Source: Octopus vulgaris
Lineage: Eukaryota
NCBI GenBank assembly: GCA_951406725.2
Contig: OX597814.1
Coordinates: forward strand, 148,428,001 to 148,492,000
DNA: 64,000 nucleotides
Reading direction: 5' to 3'
In this document: positions 53,287-64,000 of the stretch, in pieces
Position numbering within the stretch: position 1 is the first letter of the stretch
Layout of the letters: each line of letters begins with the position of its first letter
The notes under the pieces: generated by a model
The model's database searches: none
Seen by the model: the letters and a program-made list of their open reading frames with translations, nothing else
What the model was told of the DNA's origin: nothing
Program-made: the position numbers and the translations under genes

Positions 53287-55075
53287 AACCGGAAACAAGA
53301 CACACGAACAGATCAAAACTTTTTTATGAACATATTTCTTTATTGCGCACTAGGGGCCAACGAAGAGGGGACATTACACGGGCATGTGGGGACATTAAAG
53401 CATAAAAAAACAAAACAAGAAGTTGTGATAAAATGCATGACGATGATAATGATAAACGGAAAAGAGCTACTTGCACCCCACTCCAGGTAGTGTCACTTGC
53501 TTCTTTAAATTCCTTCGTTCAACGGCATGCCAATGCCGTATTTTTTAGTTAGTTCATCACATCGTACATTTTCTGGTATCTCTTCCATATTGCAGTCAAT
53601 TCTCCAGCATGAATAACCACCTTTGTATTCGCATATTTTCTTCAATCTACTCTTAGGCGCCGCAAAACAGTTCTGCCATGATTTTCCTTCTGAGTTCAAG
53701 GGGTTTTGTCCTTCCTCTTTGCCATTTTACTTAACAAGTCTGCATCAACTTCCTCAGACATTATAACTAAATAAAAACTGGGAGGGGGGTTTGTGATTTC
53801 GTGTGTGTCTGCACTTCTTTTTTCTTATTATTTTTTGTCGAGAGGGAATGGGTGTTTGGTGTCTGCAGCGGGGAGGGTTGAGGTGAGAGAGTATGGGTGG
53901 GATAATTGTAGGTTGGGGTTCCTGTTCATCTTCACTTCTTTTTTTCCTCTTTCTCTGCTTCCCCACCTTCCTGGACTTTCTTTCGTCATACATTTGTTGT
54001 ACTATTTACTACTTATTTTACTTTCATTGTTACTGCCGTTGACTAATCATAGGTCAGTCCTAAACTACAAGATGTAGGATCGCACAAATTCTAAATACGA
54101 CGTTCCGTTCTTGTTGATTATCGCATCTGATATTTAGATCGGACTCTATATTTTATTGTCTATAATTTTCTATTACATTTTAGCAAGTCTTATATTGCTT
54201 GAGGGAAGTTTGGTTGCTACTTCTAATATTTGCACAGGTTCGTTTTATCAGGGGTCAGTTAGTCGACCGTATATGCCAATTTCAAATGTCATAGGCAACG
54301 TAAATAATCACTATATGCAATAATATCTGCTATTCTATCTAGTAAATGAAACACTAACTCAAGGCGACTAATTAATCAAACCTCTACCGATATTGAGGAT
54401 GAATATTGAACCAATACTTAAAATTAACCACGTCTTAGGCGGTGACAACTCCAAATCTGAAATAATCAAATATGCTAAAGATTGAATACAAAAATATAAT
54501 TAACAATTCAGCAAATTAACATTCAAACTTGAAGTGAAGATTTATCTCCTGTTTGATAGATAACGAGACTACGTAAGTTATGTTTCGATGTTCTTCAATA
54601 AACGAAAATCAGTTTCCTCAACCTTCCAGATCGATAATGAAGTATTGGAGATGAAAGTATAAAGAACATACTGGGAAACTGAATCACCAGTTAATGCACA
54701 ATAAGTTGTTCTGATATTTTATGCTCAGGAAAGTGAACTATATCTCGACTGAAATTTATGTACTGATACTAATGAATATAACCACATACTGAAAACGATA
54801 AAGTGGTAACAATTTTCACAAAAATTTCGGATTTACAAAATTTCACTTTTGATCTACTATCAAGTTCTCTTCTGCTTAAAACAACAAAATTATTACACAA
54901 AAAATGTACTGCATAAAGGTAAACATAGACTCTGATAACAGCACGTGCGAATTGAAGTCAATATAATTCTAGGGAAAATTTAGTTTCTTTCAACAAAGTT
55001 GATGGAGCCAGAACATGCTTATTCGGTGAACTAAACACAGCTGGGGATCCTTACAAACCATACCACTTTAAATAA

Positions 55076-55113
<38 letters not shown>

Positions 55114-55399
55114 TAAGCGCATTGTAGTAATTGATATACAAACAGATAGTAAATTTATGTTAGTTTAAGCGGTGTTTACCCGGTATTGATGAAGAAAATT
55201 CATGAAAAGTACAAGAAGAGGGTTGAAATAGCAGCCATATATATCTCTCAAATCGTACCCTATTTTATTTAAGAAATTGTTGAGAATACTGCAGGTTGAC
55301 CGATATTACAACTGAGTAAAATACCAAGTGATGATTCTGAGCTGAAGGATTCCAATGACGGTTTAAATTAAAAAAGAAAACTTGCATGTGATACTAAGT

Positions 55400-56150
55400 T
55401 CGTTCAGATATCCTTTGAATGCGACCCAACATGTATTCTTTGGTCTCCCTCTCTGTTTTCGTCCTGTTGGTGGTAACACTAGCATAGCTGTGAAGGTTAC
55501 TCAACTTTTTGTCAGTCGGAAAATATGTCCCACAAGTCTCACATTTCTATTCGTCACAATCTCCTGTAGGTCACATTCAGTATTCATTATAGACACCATT
55601 GACGGTGGAATGCTTTCAAGCTCTTAGCAATCTCGGCATTCATTTTAACGATATTTTCCTAAATAGACTGCTTTTGGTAGAACAAAGCTCTGTGTACAAC
55701 AGAATCTTCATATAGTTACTGTTGGAAGCCCTGACAATTAAACACCGTTGTTGCACGTCATCAGTGGCCAGGGCCGGAGTCGTCATTTAAGTCAATGTCT
55801 TTCTCTGAAGCAACGATGCTAACCAGGTTGGTGAAGATTTTAATATCTTCAATTTGTTTTGATTCATAAGAATTTATATATTTCCTTGCCCATGGGCCGG
55901 CAACAGCTTGGTTTTCTTGGAACTCATTCTAAAGTCTGCCTCTGCCCGAAGCTCAACATTATTGACACCATTGTGTTCCGGCAGTGATACTCCCCGCAGA
56001 TACTCTTGCAGATCAAGTGTTGAAAATTTCTCTCTGCCGCTTTCAGTTCCCGCACAACCATTTCAGAAGGTAATACTATCATGTCTTCATTAGATCGTTG
56101 TATTGCCAAAGATTGCAGAGCCGTGTTTAGCATTCCAACAACCATTGTTC
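55400..56150 (-). mobile_element. RTE-like LINE 3' fragment, decayed
   Basis: Minus strand TGRKQRGRPKNTCW (RTE-type G.R.RGRP..W end) and IEDIKIFTNLVSIV (V..F.YLGS-like). Confidence 0.6.
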
Positions 56151-56313
56151 ATTAGCTTGTAAAAAACTTACTTTTGGTAGTGGACACGTATGAACGCGTC
56201 AAAGTTAGATAGACAGACAGATAGATATATAACGCATAAAACAGACACACGCATACACACTAGAAAAGATTATATTGTTGACTAATGAAACTGGTCATTA
56301 CTTAAGGTGCAGC

Positions 56314-56596
56314 TTTCGGCATTAGTTTTCAACGCATTTACAACTCTGCTATCTCTCCTTTTGTGAGGGGATGCTGCTGATAACACACACTACGGAAGCA
56401 CGCACACACACACACATGCTAACACGCACATACACACACAAACAAACACACACTCAGGCAACATACACCTACATGTGTATAAATTCGAAAATGCAATATT
56501 TTTCATAAAAATTTCGGCATTAGTTTTCAACGCATTTACAACTCTGCTATCTCTCCTTTTGTGAGGAAATGCTGCTGATAACACACACTACGGAAG

Positions 56597-56627
<31 letters not shown>

Positions 56628-56718
56628 GCTAACACACACATGCGCACACAAACAAACACACACTCACGCAACATACACATACATGTGTATAAATTCGAAA
56701 ATGCAATATTTTTCATAA
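56314..56718. repeat. Local tandem duplication, ~198-bp period, 2 copies
   Basis: TTTCGGCATTAGTTTTCAACGC..GCAATATTTTTCATAA starts at 56314 and 56512, near identical. Confidence 0.93.
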
Positions 56719-56739
56719 GAAATTTAAACTACCCGTTAT

Positions 56740-57200
56740 TGGGGTTTCAAATGCAAAGTGTCTGAACGTTACGGCCCTTTTCTTTGAGCAATTTAAAAAC
56801 AATAGATTCTGACTTGGCTGTAGAATAACGTATTATTTCCAACAAAGCTCTGGTACTTGCAGACAATGCACCAATCGAATCATTGAACACAAATAATATT
56901 TCTAAAAATTTGATACATTGCCAAGAATAAAACTTTGGTACAGAAAATGGAACAAGTAAAGTTATAATAGATAAATTGAAGACCTATCATCTAAGATTAT
57001 TGAAACAACCAAGAAAATTACTTCATGAGAAATACAAGCCTATGATTAGAGACTTCTGCAAAACATTGAATGCTATTTATGTACCCAGTAGATATATTTA
57101 GTGAGTCGCAGAATAAACCGAAACCCTAGTTATGAGTACTGTTGCCAATATATAAGGTCAGCCTATACAGTTCTGTTTAAAGGTTTCCCAAGAGAACGTC
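56740..57200 (+). mobile_element. pogo/Tigger-like DDE transposase fragment, decayed
   Basis: GVSNAK..TALFFEQF, NKALVLADNAP, LVQKMEQ, LKTYHLR resemble W.SN.K..T..LF..WF, K.LL.LDNAP, IQPMDQGVI..FK.YY. Confidence 0.55.
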
Positions 57201-59714
57201 AGCATTAAGCCACCCAGTATCTATGATTTCTAGAACTCGTAGAAAGAACTATACTTAAGTTCATACTTAAGTATAGCTTCATACAGTAACTTAACCTGCG
57301 TAAAAGCTGTGTTGCTCTGAAGAGCAAAAATCTGATACAAAAACTCCAATCATTACATTTTATTTGCCCGGAAATAGCACGGTTAAATATATGGCATATG
57401 TATAAAATATCTACAAACTTCCTCACATTTTTAAGAAACGTTTATGAAATCAAATGCTACACAGAACTGTTCAAAGCGATGACATATATTAAATGTCAGT
57501 TAGGGATAAATTATTCGACTGCTGCTGAGAATCTGTAGTGCAAAAGATAGTACACGTCTTACTACATATAACTCCCATAGCTATCTCATGTTAGTAAATA
57601 TTATGTGTGTTGAGATATGAACTGTGATATATACTACGGCATTCGTGTTTAATCTCACACAATTCTCTTGAAAAGTTTGTTTGCAAAGAGAATGCTGCAG
57701 TGTATCAAAAATGGCCTGTCTTCATGAATGAAAGTGATTATAGTACTTTTATTTGGGGGCAATTTCGCCCGAAAATATTTCACTTTATACCATTGATACA
57801 CTTCTTACACGTTATTCTATACCATGTTACGACTAAATTTCCAGGGAAAATAAAATTTTATATATTTGCGGATAACTATGAAGTACTACAATTGTATAAA
57901 TTAAGACACTCTATTTTCAGAATTATTAAGTCATGAACACAATGTATAAATACATAAATATTTACAAATAAACATAGGGACAGACGCATTCACACGCCCT
58001 CACTTATACACACACTCATACAGAAACACTTGCAAATACAGACACACGCTTACAGACAGATGTGTGTATGTGTTTGTGAGTGTGTAGGTGTGTGCGCGTG
58101 TGTTTTTGTATATTTTCAAATTATCACTACATTTATTTTTTTAATTGAAACTCACACACGGAAAAACCCACCAGGTAAAATATGTACATAACCGATTTAC
58201 GATCTTCTTTAATAGTTTTAGAATAGACAAGGCAATTAAAGAGCAAATACAAAATGTTGTCTTTGGTGACAAACAGTAAGACAAAAACAAAAATATAACC
58301 ATAACTTAGATTTTATAAATATTCTTTCAAAAAATACTCAGATAAAAGCAAACCAAAAACATCATGAAATACTCCATAATGTTTATGGGAGAAAATTATT
58401 TGACGCCATCGCTGAAAGTATACTTTATGAAAATCTTGTCGAATGAATGAATGCATCGGGATGACACAAGAACACTAAAGATACCAGCCATTTTAAATAA
58501 AAGCGTCATCGTTATTTTCTTGAAGAGATGGAGCAATAAAATTAGAAAAACAAAGCAGACAAATATTTAAAGTACTTTTATTGAAAGAAATAAAAATAGG
58601 AAATACTCTAACTAAACAATACTTGTGGGCAAAAATCTCAAGAGATTTCGACTTCCGAATCCTGTGTATAATGGAAGATGTTATTAGCAATAACCAGAAA
58701 TACCAATATACTTGTTTCAACAACCTAAAGGAAACATTGCAAATAGCAATCTAACGGAAACCACCACATTTAATATATGCCAAAGCACGAGTGGTAACGA
58801 CCATAGTACAATGTAAACGATTCAAGAATACGGGGAACAACAAAGGTAAAGAAGACAAATAAGATGAATGGAAATACACACATAAAAAATAAATAAAACA
58901 AATATACTACTCAAAGTAAAAGAGAAAGAAAATATAAAGCAAGACATTCGAATGAATATAGAAGCAGGAGAAAAGAAAAACATACACGAAAAGCAAAGCA
59001 TAGTCAGCTATAAAAACGATAGAGTGAGGGAGAGAAAGAATACTAAACTATGCAGCAAAGAGATGAAATGAAATAACAAATAAAAGTATATTGGCAAAAT
59101 GTTATAAAGAACATTCGTTCTGGGTGTGGACGATGGCACAGACTATAAAAGTGGGAAAATAGTACCAAAGTCTAAGATATCTACAAACAAAATTAAGAAT
59201 AGAATATAAATTTGCAGAAGCGGACAGAGAAATCCGAAGATATACAGAAACTTTGCAAACCATGTTAAATAAAACATTAGTTCTAGTTGAGAAGGAGAAA
59301 CGCATCTGAATTTAAAATTCCACCGAGGAAAGCATTAAATCAGTAAATAAGTAGAAAGCTGCAGTGTTGGATCAGATCTTGCGAATATCTACTAAAACAG
59401 TATGCTTTGTTGCATAGCATGAATTTCATCCAAATATTGGGCCTCAATAAAAAGATTACGTGGAATATGGCTATTAAAGGCAGGAAAACAATTCGTAGTT
59501 TCAAATACTTAGTACATGCATAATGTTAAACATTTCAGCACATAAACATACGTTCATGCACAAAGACACAAACAAACGCACAGGAATACATACATATATT
59601 TGTAAGGCAAATCCTATGAATGTTGCTCGGAAATAATTAGAAAAAACAAAAACATATATACTTAGAGTTCTATGGATACATGTGTGTGTGTGCGCGCACG
59701 CTGTGTATAGAGAG

Positions 59715-59995
<281 letters not shown>

Positions 59996-60501
59996 ACAGA
60001 TTGTTTGCTAAGACTTCTTAAAGACCAGTTGTTACGTAAACAGTGTGTGTTTTTCAGAGAACACAATTTAGCTTCGGTATTGAGAAAAATGTATAACTGG
60101 TCCTTAATGAAAGGCTAAAAGTCACAGAAACGAATTTGATTGTTCAAGTTTTTAGGTCGTTGACAGAAAGAACATGGGGTTTAACACGAGAATCTACTTT
60201 CAGAGCAAGGCAACATACGTCTGTGTGTATCAGAAAGAACATTCACGTCCTTCACAACTTTTTCTTGTTCACTCTATCTTTCTCTCCCACACACTCTCTC
60301 TCTCTCACTCTCTCTTTCTCTCCCTCTATCCAACGACTTTTGTATATATAGGTGCGCATATATATATACATGGATGAATAAATTATCCTTTGTTTCAGTT
60401 AACACGGAAAATTCAATAAAGAGTTAACATGTATATATATATCTATACACGAACACATTTACATACATACTTGCACACACTGCATACACACATGTATATA
60501 T

Positions 60502-60666
60502 AGGCGCAAGAGTGGGTGTGTGGTAAGTAGCTTGCTAACCAACCACATGGTTCCGGGTTCAGACCCACTGCGTGGCATCTTGGGCAAGTGTCTTTTGCTA
60601 TAGCCCCGGGCCGACCAATGTCTTGTGAGTGCATCTGGCAGACGGAAACTGAAAGACGCCTGTCGT
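60502..60666 (+). mobile_element. SINE family B head
   Basis: GGCGCAAGAGTGGGTGTGTGGTAAGTAGCTTGCT..GGTTCCGGGTTCAG.CCCACTGCGTGGCA. Confidence 0.85.
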
Positions 60667-60675
60667 ATATATATA

Positions 60676-61246
60676 TGTAGCAAGCGGATTATAAGTGGAT
60701 AAATCAGTGTATTGGCTTTAGAATAACCCTCTTTAGCCCTTAATTATATGATATTTATACTTCAACCGTAACGGTTTTTTTTAAATATACTGCCCACGCT
60801 TCCTGATGGATTCCTTTTCTGTAGAGAAAGGGACTTCATCCTATATTGCTAGTAGTAAACTCGCTGCTTGCTACGGGAGGACCGGTAACCATTACAATTT
60901 GTAGCGGCGAAAGGTCAAGACGTTGTTTCTGAAGCTGACCAAAGAATTTTTATTTTTAGATATAAATGATGTACTCAAGTGTAGTTATGTTTTTATCTTG
61001 TGCTTTTTCCATGATCATACGTGAGTATTTTATTGATATCCCATTGAAAGCTCTACTGAAGAAAGAATATATATTTTTTATAAGATTAATTCCGAAATTG
61101 ATTCAATATAGAGATAACGAAATTTAAACTTTCTAAAGGTTAGTTGCCCGTTTTCAGTTTCAATTCTCCTGTAGCAAGCGGATTATAAGTGGATAAATCA
61201 GTGTATTGGCTTTAGAATAACCCTCTTTAGCCCTTAATTATATGAT
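60676..61246 (+). mobile_element. ORF-less 494-bp unit with identical 77-bp terminal direct repeats and an internal HHR (retrozyme-like or solo Penelope pLTR)
   Basis: 60676-60752 is identical to 61170-61246; flanked by (TA)n; HHR at 61051-61113. Confidence 0.7.
61051..61113 (+). ncRNA. Minimal type-I hammerhead ribozyme
   Basis: CUCUA-CUGAAGA-AAGAAU..AUUCC-GAAA-UUGAUUCAA-UA-UAGAG: 5-bp stem I, near-palindromic stem III, AUA triplet; stem II closing pair is A-C. Confidence 0.72.
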
Positions 61247-61247
61247 G

Positions 61248-61302
<55 letters not shown>

Positions 61303-61583
61303 GCGATTTAGAAACGTTACTGGCTATATTAAGTATTACATTGAGATTTCTTTATTCATCCTGTATACATTCTATTTCCTCTCTTACGTTTCCTTTTTAT
61401 TTCTGTGTAACCAACCATTCCTGGAATCATTTTCTAGCTTTCTTATTTCTGCTTTTGACCCATATCGTGACTGAAAATGAGGATGTGAACAGCTATGGAT
61501 AGGTAAGGGTGAGCTTCGACTGATTTTATATCGTATGTTGTATATCCTTTCGTGCCGTTGTGAAATTGCTGGATATACATACA

Positions 61584-61684
<101 letters not shown>

Positions 61685-62501
61685 ATATATATACATATCT
61701 TAATCCAGCGCTCACACAAGCACAAGCACACAGTCACAAAAGCACAAACACACTCATACACACTACACACACACACACATATATATATGTATATGTATAT
61801 AGGTACACTGCGAATTATTCCGTTAATGGGAATGAACTTCCATTAAAGTAAGTTACACAATGTATTAGAGGGAAATTAGAATAATATATTTAATTTGACG
61901 TGAGATAGAAATAGCTTCGTACCAATTCTTGGCTAATTCATTAGATAATAAAACATCAGTGATGATTTTTACTTTTCTATATTTTTATCCAATGACTCTG
62001 GAAAGTCTGGTTGAATTTTATTTTGGGGCGTCTCAAAGTAGTTATTTAAGGGCTTCGCGTAAAGACTAATTAGCGTGCAATTCATTAATTATCCCAAAAT
62101 TCTATATCTCTCTCAACTTACCTACTTTTTCACCACACCTCGCATGCATGTTTTATGCCTACTAGGGATCATAGCGACATCTATATGTGTATCTCATTAA
62201 AACAGAATTTCCCACGCCCATACATGCCAGACAATACCGTCTGTCCAGCTCCATTTGTGCGCAAATATGTATAGCTGAATAATAACCACGTTTTTGTTTT
62301 CATCGCAACAACTTTCTCCATGAATGTAATGGAACTGATCGCGTAAAAGTTATTTTACATTACATAAATTATATAAGTATATATATATATATAGAGAGAG
62401 AGAGAGAAAGAGATGGAAGGATGAATGAATGGATAGATAGATTGAAAGATGTACAGCGAAAGAGATAAATATGCATATATATGTACACACACATATATAT
62501 C

Positions 62502-62554
<53 letters not shown>

Positions 62555-62574
62555 ACATATACATACATACATAC

Positions 62575-63340
62575 AGGCTGCGATGGGTAAATTGTCGCCA
62601 TTTGGTACTTTTAATTTCGCGCAAGTGAGTTGTTATATTTTTCATTTGTCGACTATATTCAACACACAAATGTAAGCTGGGCTTTGTTTATAAGAAAAAC
62701 TGCACCATGACGTTGTTCACTCTCCCAGAAATTTGGAAACGACATGCTGTACTACTTGGCATTTGCGCTGGAAGCTCCAAACCGAACATTTCATAGTGTT
62801 TAGGTGTCAATCTGAGGACAATGTAACATAAGGACGTGTATTGAGAGTGATAAGTATCAAACAGCCAATCGACATCATGGTATTTGTAGTTTTCACTAGC
62901 GATGGTGACATTATGCCTCCATTCATCTTCCCACACGGCCTCAGACGCACCACGGAGGCCTACATAATGTGCCTGGAACTGGTAGTGCTGCCCTGAATCA
63001 AGAAGATGGCTACTAGAAGACCAGGTCATGGCTGTCAGGCAATTTCTGCGACCACACTACCCCTATCATCTGGTGATCTAACACGCCAAAGTACAACCGA
63101 CTTGATTATTTAGTGTGCGGTGCAATTGAGCGAGAGACCAACAAAAATTCCTTGTAACACCAAATATGAACTGAAGGCAAAGAAACCTTCCAGAAGCCCT
63201 CCAGAAGAATTGCAGGAGATTCCGAATTTGTCTAGAAGCTGTGTTTCAAGCCAACGGGCGAGTTTATTGAATAAATTTAGTCTTTAGTATTTTAAGATAT
63301 TCATAGAGAAGTTTCGTAAATATATCTGTTAAAATGTTAT
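62575..63340 (+). mobile_element. maT/DD37D-like Tc1-mariner element, deleted and decayed
   Basis: VVFTSDGDIMPPFIFPHGLR..AYIMCLELVVLP*I and NRLDYLVCGAIERETNK (NPLDY motif). Confidence 0.7.
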
Positions 63341-63357
63341 TTTCATTTCATATACAC

Positions 63358-63474
<117 letters not shown>

Positions 63475-63849
63475 CATATATATATTATAGTTTTCAGATA
63501 GCCAGATAAGCGAAGAGATGGTGTTGTGGACTTCCATCTCGGCATCCGTAACACAGAGTTTTATCTTGGCTATTGAATAATTGTCACATATTATTTTACA
63601 GATATATATATATATATATACATATATACATACATATATGTACATACCTACATATATATGTATATATATACATGTATATATGGGTAGGGGACATCAAAGA
63701 AACGTGGAACATAATGAGAAATGAGACATACAAAATAAAGAATGTACCCTTTCTTTAGTTGTCCCTGCTTCATATTCTCTGCATTTCGAAGGTAAGGACA
63801 AGACGCGAATTCGTTGAAACAGTCCTTTCCGCAAAGCAAATTAAATTAG

Positions 63850-63907
<58 letters not shown>

Positions 63908-64000
63908 TGTATATATATACATAAATAAATTTAAATAACAAGGGTAAAAAATTGAATATTAATTTGATTAATATCTGACCTAGCATATTGAAAAATTCTG

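Noticed and set aside
53470-53760. Possible L1/Tx1 LINE C-terminal remnant on the minus strand
   Set aside because: Only vague similarity with several stops; not supportable without a search.
60795-60922. Second HHR-like motif CTGATGG..GAAAGGTC in the repeat-flanked unit
   Set aside because: Non-canonical core and no demonstrable stem II closure.

Overview
AT-rich (roughly one-third GC by eye) animal genomic DNA dense in microsatellites and decayed transposons. The SINE families, Penelope/R4-Dong content and (AT)n/(AAT)n/(GATA)n density look like a coleoid cephalopod, probably Octopus (inference from recalled repeats, not verified). I find no intact protein-coding gene: most long ORFs are microsatellite artefacts and the rest are frameshifted fragments of R4/Dong-like LINEs, Penelope-like elements (including Naiad-type), an RTE-like LINE, Tc1, mariner, maT and pogo transposases, and possibly a Polinton-type polB. 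The window is probably intronic or intergenic, with one or two unconfirmed orphan exon candidates. The most interesting signal is at the RNA level. There are six minimal type-I hammerhead ribozyme (HHR) motifs from about four sequence families. In one Penelope family (3 copies) the 3' end carries a tRNA-like Pol III A/B-box head, an (AAT)n spacer, the HHR and then a T-run, i.e. a possible self-cleaving Pol III cassette. A separate ~494-bp ORF-less unit with 77-bp terminal redundancy and an HHR looks retrozyme-like. Also present are several long inverted repeats (a perfect 110-bp arm pair and a pre-miRNA-sized hairpin) and a short TTAGGG insertion with a flanking duplication. Transposon boundaries are approximate.
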